A stretch of DNA of 64,000 nucleotides, taken from the IMG/VR virus record IMGVR_UViG_3300047321_000298, positions 96,001-160,000 of that record, one strand, 5' to 3'. The position numbers and the translations under genes are program-made. This document shows, piece by piece, positions 55,185 to 63,811 of this stretch (the stretch's first letter is position 1; each line of letters begins with the position of its first letter). Below the pieces are notes generated by a model. That model saw only the letters and a program-made list of their open reading frames with translations. It ran no database searches and was not told the DNA's origin. Origin of the DNA: a virus. Taxonomy: Duplodnaviria; Caudoviricetes.

Positions 55185-55192
55185 AGTAAATA
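55185..55192 (+). promoter_or_regulatory. AGTAAATA box
   Basis: Upstream of Zn-ribbon/ligase genes. Confidence 0.55.
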
Positions 55193-55229
55193 GGGAAGTA
55201 GGACAACCAGCAACGGACCTACTCCCGAA

Positions 55230-55451
55230 ATGAAGATCATCAAAGAGGGCAGACTTCCTCAAGAAAAGGTCTACCGTACTTCGTGCGGCAATTGCGGCAC
55301 CGTCTTCGAGTTTAAAGAAGCAGAGGCAAAGTACACATGCGATCAGCGCGACGGTGACTTCTACACTCTACACTGCCCCCTGCGGGGCTGCGGGGCTGCG
55401 GTCGCGCTGTACACGAGTCGGCTCACCGCGTACGAGGTTGCGGCATCGTGA
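55230..55451 (+). CDS. small Zn-ribbon protein
   Basis: CGNCG...HCPLRGC. Confidence 0.75.
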   Translation: MKIIKEGRLPQEKVYRTSCGNCGTVFEFKEAEAKYTCDQRDGDFYTLHCPLRGCGAAVALYTSRLTAYEVAAS

Positions 55452-57361
55452 ACTTCAAGAAGATGACGCTGGCGGAGCGGCAGAAGCTCTACATCAAGGC
55501 TAAGCACGCCTACTACGAAAAGAAGACGCTGATCCTGACAGACGGCGAATTCGACAAGCTGGAAGACCTTCTGACGGCTGAGGTTCCCGACTGGGACGAA
55601 CTCCACAAGACCGGGGTGCGGACCGATGACGGACGGTCCGAAATCGAGCTTCCGCAATTCATGCCGTCGTTAGACAAGGCGTATCCGGAGCAGGTACCGA
55701 AATTCGTCAAGCGATTTGCTCATGATCGATTCACGGGCATGGACAAGCTCGATGGCACGTCTCTGTTCCTCCGGTACGTCAAGGGTATGCCTACGCTGCT
55801 GGTCACGCGTGGCGACGGCACCAAGGGCCGCGATATCTCGTTCCTGATCCCTTCTCTGGTGAAGCTGAAGCGCATCCCTGCCGAAATCGGAGAGGCGGGC
55901 GTTTTTGACGTGCGCATCGAAGCTGTGATGGCAAAGAAGATGTTCAGCCGAAACTGGTCGAAAAAGGTCAATCCGAAATACGGGGCAGACAACGCGCGTC
56001 AACTGGTGAATGGTGCGTTCCTTCGCAAGAAGGCGTCAACCGTCTTGGGCGACATCGATCTGGTCGTGCTGGGCGTCTACGGCATGACGATTGCCCACGG
56101 CTTGGAGCTTGCGGACGAACTTGGCTTCATGACGGTTGCCTGTTTCGATAACGTCCGAAGCTCAAATTTTGAAAAATTGCTCGAAGAACGCAAAGCCTCT
56201 AGTAAATACGAAATTGACGGGATGGTGTTCGCTGATCCGAGCGTGAGCCTGAGCTACGAAAACGCCCACAAGCCGAAGTGGATTTTCGCGTTCAAGATCA
56301 ACAACGACGCGGACGCGTACGAGGTTCGAATCCTGGACATCGAATACGCACGTACACGTCTGAATCGCTGGTCGGCCGTGTGCGTGGTCAATCCGACACA
56401 AATGGATGGGGTGGTGGTTGAGCGGGTGACCGCGCACAACGCGGGCTGGATGATGGAAAACGGCATTGGCCCGGGTGCGCGGATCAAGGTCCTGCGTTCG
56501 GGTGGCGTCATTCCGAAGATCGTCGGTGTAGTGGAGCGAGCACAGTTCAAGGAACCGCCCGGGGCTTATGAGCAGCGCGGACGTTTCCTGTATGCGCTCG
56601 ATGTCGATACGGCGCAGCAGATAAGGGCTTTGCACTTTTTCATGACGACTCTAGGAATTGAGTTGCTGGCTGAGAAGACGCTGGAGAAGTTGTACGAGGT
56701 CGGGTTCACCGAAGCACGCGTCTACCTGGCGTTGGCCGGTCATATCGGAAATCGTAGCGCTGTGTACCTGAAAGCAGGGCAACAGTTCACAAAGGCCGGT
56801 CTGGGCGAAAAGCAGGCAGAGAACATTTTTCAGGAGTTGAAGCGCGTGCTCGATTCGACAATCACGCTGAAAAAGCTGATGGTAGCTTCCGGTTGCTTTG
56901 ACGCGGGCATGGGTGAGCGCAAGCTCTCGCAACTCGAAGACGCGGGTATTTCCATGCGTGAGCTTGGGAACATGCGCTCGGATGAAATCGCAACGGTGAT
57001 CCCACAGATTAAGGGGTTCTCTCAAAAGACGACGTTGCTGATCCGTGACGGTGTGCGCTCGTTCCGTGCTTGGTACAAGCCGATTCACGGACTCTTAAAG
57101 ATCGACGGTGCGCTGCCCGCCAAGAAAGCAACAACCGGAAGACTGTCGGGCATGAAGTTTACGTGGACAGGGTACCGTGCGCCGGACGAGGAACAGACGA
57201 TTCTTGCGAACGGTGGCGCGATTGTTTCGTTCTCGGCTAAGACCTCTGTCCTCTTCTACAAGGAAGGCGGGAAAGCCTCAACGAAGGTTGCGAATGCTGG
57301 AGACCGCGCGATGACCTGGCAGCAGTTCGAACTGCAATACCTTGGACGGATGTGCGCATGA
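55448..57361 (+). CDS. ligA: NAD-dependent DNA ligase
   Basis: Ia domain (AYYE...LTDGEFDKL), MPSLDKA, KLDG, TRGDG, YEIDGMV, AFK, OB, HhH, BRCT-like C-terminus. Confidence 0.92.
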   Translation: MNFKKMTLAERQKLYIKAKHAYYEKKTLILTDGEFDKLEDLLTAEVPDWDELHKTGVRTDDGRSEIELPQFMPSLDKAYPEQVPKFVKRFAHDRFTGMDKLDGTSLFLRYVKGMPTLLVTRGDGTKGRDISFLIPSLVKLKRIPAEIGEAGVFDVRIEAVMAKKMFSRNWSKKVNPKYGADNARQLVNGAFLRKKASTVLGDIDLVVLGVYGMTIAHGLELADELGFMTVACFDNVRSSNFEKLLEERKASSKYEIDGMVFADPSVSLSYENAHKPKWIFAFKINNDADAYEVRILDIEYARTRLNRWSAVCVVNPTQMDGVVVERVTAHNAGWMMENGIGPGARIKVLRSGGVIPKIVGVVERAQFKEPPGAYEQRGRFLYALDVDTAQQIRALHFFMTTLGIELLAEKTLEKLYEVGFTEARVYLALAGHIGNRSAVYLKAGQQFTKAGLGEKQAENIFQELKRVLDSTITLKKLMVASGCFDAGMGERKLSQLEDAGISMRELGNMRSDEIATVIPQIKGFSQKTTLLIRDGVRSFRAWYKPIHGLLKIDGALPAKKATTGRLSGMKFTWTGYRAPDEEQTILANGGAIVSFSAKTSVLFYKEGGKASTKVANAGDRAMTWQQFELQYLGRMCA

Positions 57362-57597
57362 ACAAGACCTTGCGCGCGCTGATTGTGCTCAGCTTCGGAG
57401 CTTTCTGGCTGCTCATTTCGTTGCAGATATTCGGCCCCGCACTTGACCGAATATTCGCGGCGCACAGCGATAGTTTTCTGATTCGATTCGCTGCGCTTCT
57501 TACGTACGCTATGTGCACCTCTGCAAGCTTGCATGCCTGTGACAATTTCGTCCTGGGTATCCACGCAGTGTGGCTCAAGCGGAGGAAGCGCAAATGA
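57358..57597 (+). CDS. small membrane protein
   Basis: Two hydrophobic segments. Confidence 0.6.
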   Translation: MNKTLRALIVLSFGAFWLLISLQIFGPALDRIFAAHSDSFLIRFAALLTYAMCTSASLHACDNFVLGIHAVWLKRRKRK

Positions 57598-57935
57598 CGT
57601 TCACATTCGACAACCACGAGAAGCTGAAGAACGGATTCCCGGTCGAAGACTGTCCTTACTGCGGTGAGGAAGAGTGCGAGGCGGAATGGTGCGATGTAGG
57701 AGTCGGCTACGTACAGATGGGCCCGTATCATTGCACCTCGTGCGGGGCGTTCTCGATTGGTGCCTATGACCGAACGACGCCGACCGACGAAGAGCGTAAG
57801 TGCGGATGGTACCGGCCGGATCGCAGACCGCTGCCGGACACTGTCTCGACAATCGGCGGGCGCGTCATTGACTCCAGTACCGCGCTCGGACTGTACCGCA
57901 TGGGCGTAGTTAACAAGGTGCCTTTTCACATATGA
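57594..57935 (+). CDS. Zn-ribbon protein
   Basis: CPYCG...CDVGVG...HCTSCG; GGAGG RBS. Confidence 0.75.
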   Translation: MTFTFDNHEKLKNGFPVEDCPYCGEEECEAEWCDVGVGYVQMGPYHCTSCGAFSIGAYDRTTPTDEERKCGWYRPDRRPLPDTVSTIGGRVIDSSTALGLYRMGVVNKVPFHI

Positions 57936-58141
57936 AAGTCGTACTCAAGAAGACTGGACCGCATTCATTCGAAGCGGACCCCGTGGATCGGTCGGGGTCG
58001 CCGCGCGTTGGGCGGGGCAGGACCCTGCTCGAAGCCTACGGCAATTTCCTGATCCAGTATCAAGATGAACTGGGCTTGAAACTGGTGGTTGACTCATCCG
58101 CCTGGGACGCAGAGAACCGACGTAGGAAGAAACGTCGATGA
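57932..58141 (+). CDS. small hypothetical protein
   Basis: 69 aa. Confidence 0.6.
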   Translation: MKVVLKKTGPHSFEADPVDRSGSPRVGRGRTLLEAYGNFLIQYQDELGLKLVVDSSAWDAENRRRKKRR

Positions 58142-58362
58142 CAGGTATCGAATATCTCAGGTCGCTACACGGGGTCTGTTATTTTCAAACCCGGGAAAAG
58201 GGCACAGGTCTGGCTTCTAATTCAGAACTCGGAAGGTGGTTGAAGGATAAGGCGTTGCGAATTAATGGTCTGCCTGTTGGGCCGATGGATCAGATACCAA
58301 CGCCAATTAACTCGGTTGTTTTGTTTCCGAAGTCGCAGCAGCGTCGCACAACGATTCTTTAG
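58138..58362 (+). CDS. small S4-like protein
   Basis: ASNSELGRWLKDKALRING resembles the S4 RNA-binding core. Confidence 0.55.
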   Translation: MTGIEYLRSLHGVCYFQTREKGTGLASNSELGRWLKDKALRINGLPVGPMDQIPTPINSVVLFPKSQQRRTTIL

Positions 58363-58449
58363 ATATTCACCAGAAATAGCGCAAAGAGCACCATTTAATA
58401 TTTGTGAAACTGTTACACTGATCGTCAACTTTTTTAACTGGGTAAACAA

Positions 58450-58746
58450 ATGAATTCCGTAACTCGCACCGAAACCGCTGCTGTCACCGAAGCATCGCCG
58501 GTCAATCAACCCGCAGCAGAAATCTCGCTGGCTTACTTGCAACTCGCGTTCGAGCGCACCTACAAGGGCCCTGTTGGTCTCGCACCGAACGCACCGGAGG
58601 AACAACGCCACTTGCAATTCTCGAAGCGCAAGAACGGCACGTATCAAAGCGACCGACTCCAGAACATCTTCCAAGGGTTTTGCTTGGCTATGCAGTCGAT
58701 CAACGATTCGTCTATCGCGTTCTCCGATCTGAAGAACGGCAAGTGA
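58450..58746 (+). CDS. hypothetical protein
   Basis: 98 aa. Confidence 0.7.
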   Translation: MNSVTRTETAAVTEASPVNQPAAEISLAYLQLAFERTYKGPVGLAPNAPEEQRHLQFSKRKNGTYQSDRLQNIFQGFCLAMQSINDSSIAFSDLKNGK

Positions 58747-59108
58747 GGGTCTCGGCTCCCGTGATTACGCGATGCCCCGGTTTGTTGGAACGGGGCAGCG
58801 AATTCATGGGGGTTTGGGAAACTGCAGAGATAGGCTCTAGCTGCTCGGAACCTAGAGGGAGGTGCGGCAAGACCAGCAAGCGTTTGCTTACTCGTCGGCT
58901 ACGCTAACAAGTTGGGTCCTGTCGGTCCTGAGCGGATGTTGGTTGTGCCGGTTCTCAAATCTGATGCGAGGGTCACTACGACGTACGCGGACGGAGTCCG
59001 GTAATCGGCGGCTATACCCCATATCCCGGAACGTGTCCCGTGGGAGCGTGCGGCTGTTTGGGTGCGCGCGTTTGTTTGAATTTTGCAAGTTCAGTTTCCC
59101 TATTCGCC

Positions 59109-59414
59109 ATGAATTATTGGTCTTCGTACTTCGCAGCCCTAGCCCAGCAGCTACGATCACTCAGCTACGTTTCTTCGGTCGAATGCTCACTCTCAGGTGA
59201 GCGTGCTGATCATGCCTGCTTGGTCGTGGACACAAACATAGTGCTCACGCTGTCAATGATAACAGAAATTTTCGCTGCGGTGCAAAAACTCGTGGGGGAT
59301 CAGAGCAACCCTCAAATCGACCTTGGCCCCAAGACAATTATCCTGGCCGATCTTGTATATACCCGAACTACGGTTGAAACCAATGCCCCATCATTTATTG
59401 GATATAGCTACTGA
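59109..59414 (+). CDS. hypothetical protein
   Basis: 101 aa, AT-richer region. Confidence 0.5.
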   Translation: MNYWSSYFAALAQQLRSLSYVSSVECSLSGERADHACLVVDTNIVLTLSMITEIFAAVQKLVGDQSNPQIDLGPKTIILADLVYTRTTVETNAPSFIGYSY

Positions 59415-59847
59415 TGCCAGTTCCAGCGATTTTGATGACGACGATTTTCTGGATATAGCCGATGAATTTGGGCACGTAGTGGATCGCGTTCCCGAAGACG
59501 ATCAGACGGGCTTCGCAGATTTTCCGCTTTCCGGTTTTATTGAATATTCTCGAAGACTTGTAGTTTTGGCGCGTACCTACTCGCAGCCTCAGCCCAGCCC
59601 CGGAATTTCAAACGATCTGGAATTAGCAGTTGCCAAAGCCACGCGCGATGCGTTGGCGTCCGAATTAGACAAGAAATATCAAGGGCAAACGTGGTTGCCC
59701 ATGGACCCGTACGTGTTTAGTCACGTTCAGCTTTATTCAGCGATCAGAAATTACGAGAAATTAAAACACGATGAAATACTTCAGCAGACAGAACAGGCTT
59801 CAGAGGCGGATGCGCTCGCTGCAGATTCTCAGGGCGGGGAAAGTTAG
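59383..59847 (+). CDS. hypothetical acidic protein
   Basis: 154 aa, D-rich N-terminus. Confidence 0.55.
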   Translation: MPHHLLDIATDASSSDFDDDDFLDIADEFGHVVDRVPEDDQTGFADFPLSGFIEYSRRLVVLARTYSQPQPSPGISNDLELAVAKATRDALASELDKKYQGQTWLPMDPYVFSHVQLYSAIRNYEKLKHDEILQQTEQASEADALAADSQGGES

Positions 59848-60001
59848 CGAGCAGCGCCATCTGGCCGCAACGCTAGCTCCAGTCAAGTCGATTCCACCTC
59901 ACTACGTTGAAATGAACCTGAAGCTCGTCCGTGAAATCGGTGCGATGGACGAGGAACTCCGGTTGATCAACGAAGAGCTAAAAATCTTCGCTGAAACCTG
60001 A
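59771..60001 (+). CDS. small coiled-coil protein
   Basis: 76 aa; start uncertain. Confidence 0.5.
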   Translation: MKYFSRQNRLQRRMRSLQILRAGKVSEQRHLAATLAPVKSIPPHYVEMNLKLVREIGAMDEELRLINEELKIFAET

Positions 60002-60009
60002 AACGCTCC

Positions 60010-60017
60010 AGTAAATA
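60010..60017 (+). promoter_or_regulatory. AGTAAATA box
   Basis: Upstream of NAD salvage genes. Confidence 0.55.
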
Positions 60018-60072
60018 CGAAGTGAGGGCAGCAGAGTCCCTCACCATCCATCGTATGAGCTAGGAGATAGCA

Positions 60073-61185
60073 ATGTCTGAAGCAACACAACCGACTGAGC
60101 CGATGTTCGATCTGCTTTCGCTGATCGGAAAGTTCCGCATGTTCCACAACGGCCATAAGCACGTGGTGGACGAGGCACTGAAGAGAACGCGAAATCTGCT
60201 GATCTGCATTGGTTCAGCCAACCGGCCGCGTTCGCGCCATCTCCCATGGACCGCTGCTGAGGTCGAACAGATGATCCGCATGGTTTATCCGTTGGATTCT
60301 GAGGCGGGCGGTCGTATCAAGATCGTGCAACTGGATGACTGGATGCACGACAACGATTTCATGTGGTTGATGAACGTGCACAAGGCTGTAGCAAAGGAAG
60401 AACAGGCGCTGCGCTCACTTCACGGTCAACGAGCACCGATTAAAACAGGGCTCGTCGGATTCTCGAAGGACCACACGTCTTACTACCTGAAGAAGTTCCC
60501 GCAGTGGGGTTCGGTCGATGTCGGGCCGTACCGGCAGGACGGAAAGATACTCAATGCTACCGATCTACGCGCTCTGTTCTTTGCGCGCGGTGAGGCTGTG
60601 CTTAGTTCCTACGTCCCCCGTCAGGTCGCTGGTTTTATCTACGACTGGACGGAGCGCCATCCGCAGACGGTTTCGTACCTGAAGGACGCAATCGAGTTTG
60701 CAGGCGACTACAAAAAGAAGCACAAGTTTGTCGGGACCAATGCGTACGACCCCGTACACAGCACGACAGACGCCATTCTTATCCAGAGCGGTCACGTGCT
60801 TCTGGTGCGCCGCAAATTCCATCCGGGCAGGGGCCTTTGGGCGCTTCCTGGTGGCTTCCTGAAAGCAACGGAGCCCACGCGCGAGGCGGTAACGCGCGAA
60901 CTGAAGGAAGAAACGAAGATCGCGGTTAAGAAAGGAGTGCTCGATCTGGCATTCCGTTTCAAGACCGTATTTTCGGATGTCAATCGGTCGGATGATCGTG
61001 GCCGCATTATCACTCACGCGTACTTGTACCTGTTGAATGATCGTGCGGAGCTTCCGGCAATCGAAGCAGCAGACGACGCGGATAAAGCTAAGTGGGTTCC
61101 CTTGGGCCTGCTCGACCCGCGTGAGATGTACAGCGATCACTTCTTCATCATCATGAAGATGATCAATCTGATTCCGGTTGACTGA
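60073..61185 (+). CDS. nadM: bifunctional NMN adenylyltransferase / ADP-ribose pyrophosphatase (NadM-Nudix)
   Basis: IGKFRMFHNGH (HxGH), IGSA; Nudix ALPGGF...AVTRELKEETKI. Confidence 0.92.
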   Translation: MSEATQPTEPMFDLLSLIGKFRMFHNGHKHVVDEALKRTRNLLICIGSANRPRSRHLPWTAAEVEQMIRMVYPLDSEAGGRIKIVQLDDWMHDNDFMWLMNVHKAVAKEEQALRSLHGQRAPIKTGLVGFSKDHTSYYLKKFPQWGSVDVGPYRQDGKILNATDLRALFFARGEAVLSSYVPRQVAGFIYDWTERHPQTVSYLKDAIEFAGDYKKKHKFVGTNAYDPVHSTTDAILIQSGHVLLVRRKFHPGRGLWALPGGFLKATEPTREAVTRELKEETKIAVKKGVLDLAFRFKTVFSDVNRSDDRGRIITHAYLYLLNDRAELPAIEAADDADKAKWVPLGLLDPREMYSDHFFIIMKMINLIPVD

Positions 61186-61531
61186 GGAAATTATGGGGAT
61201 TGGTATTGGTAGTAGATGCAGCAGTTCGCCGTATTCGGTGCCGAATTCGAACCCTGACCCATCGCGTTTCACGATTCTTGATTGGGCTGCGTTTGGTTTG
61301 TTTCTAGTCCTCAAGGTTCACTATCCGGATGCTCGCAACTACGAGGGCATCAAGATCATGGTGTACGAGGGGTTTCGAGACACCGAAGCACTCCGCAGGG
61401 CTGTATCAAACAGGCTCGATCCTCACTTTTCCGAATCGGGCGTTTCCCCAATCGCGCGGTTCGAGCCGACAGACGCCGGTTGGATAAACGCCAGTCAGTT
61501 CGCACAAGTGTTGTCTACACGTCGCATCTAG
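61178..61531 (+). CDS. conserved phage hypothetical protein
   Basis: PNPDP..F...VHYPDARNYEGIKIMVY...LDPHFSE...SPIARFEPT..GW. Confidence 0.75.
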   Translation: MTEEIMGIGIGSRCSSSPYSVPNSNPDPSRFTILDWAAFGLFLVLKVHYPDARNYEGIKIMVYEGFRDTEALRRAVSNRLDPHFSESGVSPIARFEPTDAGWINASQFAQVLSTRRI

Positions 61532-61583
61532 TACCCCGCTACACAGAGTGGCGGGTTCTCAATCTATGCTAGGAGATAGCAAA

Positions 61584-63017
61584 ATGTTTGATATTTCATC
61601 CGCGTTGGACAGTGACTCATACAAGCTCGGCCATTCGAAAATGTTGCCGGAATCTGCTGACTACATGTGTTCGTACGGGGAAGCCCGTTCGGACGAACGT
61701 TGGAGGCAATCCGTTTTTACTGGTCTTCAGTCCTGGTTGATGGGTCTGAAGCCGGTGACGGCCGGTGACGTTGAAGAAGCTCGTGATCTGGCGATTCCGC
61801 ACTGCGGAGTTTTCAATTTCGACGGCTGGATGCGTGTGGTCAATGAACTCGGTGGTGTCCTCCCGATCCGCATTGATGCGCTCCCTGAGGGTACCGTTGT
61901 ACCGAATCACAATGCGCTGTACCAAGTACGCAATACGAAATCTGGCTTCTCGTGGGTTACTCAGTTTATCGAAACTCCGCTGCTGCGCGCCGTGTGGTAT
62001 CCGACAACGGTTGCCACACTTAGCTGGCACGTGAAGCAGGACATTCGTGCGTTTCTTGAGAGGACGTGCGACAACCCCGAACAGGAATTGCTGTTCCGAC
62101 TGCATGACTTCGGGGCCCGTGGTGCGTCGTCTCTTGAAACGGCTGCTCGTGGCGGTCTCGCCCACCTCATCAATTTCAACGGAAGCGATACGCTGCCAGC
62201 GTTGATGATGGCACGGCGTTACTACGACGAGCCGCTTGCGGCCTACAACATTCCGGCGATGGAACACTCAACGGTATGTGCGTGGGGCCGTGATGGTGAA
62301 GAGCGCGCCTACGCCAATGCGATTGATAAGTTTCTGACGGGACCGGGCACTATGCTTTCGATCCCGCCTGACGCTTACGATCTGCACAACGCAATCGACG
62401 TGATCATCGGGAAGAACCTCAAGGACAAGATCATCAAGTCCGGAGGTCGTCTGGTGGTTCGTCCTGATTCGGGCGATCCCGTTTCAGAGGTGATGTTTGC
62501 GTTGCGGTCACTGGCCAAAAACTTTGGCTATACGACCAACAGCAAGGGCTTCATGGTGCTGCACCCCGCCGTTCGCATCATTCAGGGTGACGGGGTGAAT
62601 GAGCAGTCTATCCACGCAATCATGACGGCCATGGAAATCAATGGGTTCTCCATTGAAAACGTGGCTTTCGGTATGGGTGGCGGTTTGCTCCAGTCCGTCA
62701 ATCGTGACACGCTGGGCTTCGCTCAAAAGGCGAACGCAGTGTCGAACGGTCAGTATGCATGGATCGGCATCAGCAAAGCACCGGCTACGGCACTTCAGAA
62801 GACCTCGAAGAAGGGTGTTCAGATGGTCGTGCGCGAAGAGGGCCGCATCGTTACGGTTCCTGAGGGCACGTACCCGGCTGAGCGCAACCTTCTGCAGCCC
62901 GTGTGGCAAGACGGTCAGCTTCTGCGCAAGCAGTCGCTTCAGAGCCTGCGGGACAACAGCAACGAATTTACGTGGAATTTTGAGTCACAAAGTCTGCGTG
63001 AATTAAAAGCTGCGTAG
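61584..63017 (+). CDS. nadV: nicotinamide phosphoribosyltransferase (NAMPT)
   Basis: DSYKLGH, LHDFGARG, PAMEHSTV, VVRPDSGDP, IIQGDGV, FGMGGGLLQ. Confidence 0.95.
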   Translation: MFDISSALDSDSYKLGHSKMLPESADYMCSYGEARSDERWRQSVFTGLQSWLMGLKPVTAGDVEEARDLAIPHCGVFNFDGWMRVVNELGGVLPIRIDALPEGTVVPNHNALYQVRNTKSGFSWVTQFIETPLLRAVWYPTTVATLSWHVKQDIRAFLERTCDNPEQELLFRLHDFGARGASSLETAARGGLAHLINFNGSDTLPALMMARRYYDEPLAAYNIPAMEHSTVCAWGRDGEERAYANAIDKFLTGPGTMLSIPPDAYDLHNAIDVIIGKNLKDKIIKSGGRLVVRPDSGDPVSEVMFALRSLAKNFGYTTNSKGFMVLHPAVRIIQGDGVNEQSIHAIMTAMEINGFSIENVAFGMGGGLLQSVNRDTLGFAQKANAVSNGQYAWIGISKAPATALQKTSKKGVQMVVREEGRIVTVPEGTYPAERNLLQPVWQDGQLLRKQSLQSLRDNSNEFTWNFESQSLRELKAA

Positions 63018-63023
63018 TAAATA

Positions 63024-63056
63024 GGGGGTAGAGGGCCACAAACCTTCTACCCCCTT
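63024..63056 (+). terminator. terminator directly after an AGTAAATA box
   Basis: GGGGGTAGAGG-gccacaaa-CCTTCTACCCCC-TTTT. Confidence 0.8.
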
Positions 63057-63078
63057 TCTCTTTTCGGAGCTACAAAAA

Positions 63079-63435
63079 ATGGGCGTCGTCGTACACCGCA
63101 TCATCTCGGTCACTGGCCCGACTGATGCAACAAAGGCAGCACACGATTTCATATCGGCAGAAGCTCCCGATGACACCATTTGCTTCATCGGCCCGCTCTT
63201 CCAGCAGATCAACGGAACCGACACGTTCTGCATTCACAGCAACGGCTCGAAAAGCGGCTACGAAGAAGAACGCAGTTGTGCAACATTCATGAATGAGGTC
63301 GCAAAGTGGCTGGGAAGCGCAGAACGTCTGCAGTTCATTGACGTGTCCTATTCGAAGGATCGACACATGGACGCGGGCGACTTCACCCGGATCGAGAACG
63401 CGACGTACAAGAACAGAGAGACCGAAGATGCCTGA
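63079..63435 (+). CDS. conserved phage hypothetical protein
   Basis: GGAG RBS; NGSKSGYEE pattern. Confidence 0.7.
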   Translation: MGVVVHRIISVTGPTDATKAAHDFISAEAPDDTICFIGPLFQQINGTDTFCIHSNGSKSGYEEERSCATFMNEVAKWLGSAERLQFIDVSYSKDRHMDAGDFTRIENATYKNRETEDA

Positions 63436-63811
63436 TAAGTTGAGAGTTACCAATTCAGCGATCCGCGCGTCAGAGGACGCTGTAAAACAGGCTCAGGATG
63501 ACCTGAAGCGTACCAGGTATGCGGTGACCACCATCTGTTCCCATGCGACCGTTGGTGAGGCTCCACACCAGCAGAACGCTCATGTAAGGAACTTTCCGCC
63601 TCTGCGCGTGTGTATGACCTGTGGGCTGGTCGAAGAAGGCTGGTCATGTGGCTACCTCGTTTTGGATAACGAGCTTGCGTACTCACTGACGCGTGATCAG
63701 GTCTACGACATACGGTCCGTCACGGTTGAGCAGGAAGACAAGGGGCCGCTCCTGCGCAAAGAGGTAACGCTCAAGCAGTTGATCGCACAGAAACTGGGAA
63801 TCGAAAAATGA
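63428..63811 (+). CDS. Cys-containing hypothetical protein
   Basis: ICSH...RVCMTCG. Confidence 0.65.
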   Translation: MPDKLRVTNSAIRASEDAVKQAQDDLKRTRYAVTTICSHATVGEAPHQQNAHVRNFPPLRVCMTCGLVEEGWSCGYLVLDNELAYSLTRDQVYDIRSVTVEQEDKGPLLRKEVTLKQLIAQKLGIEK

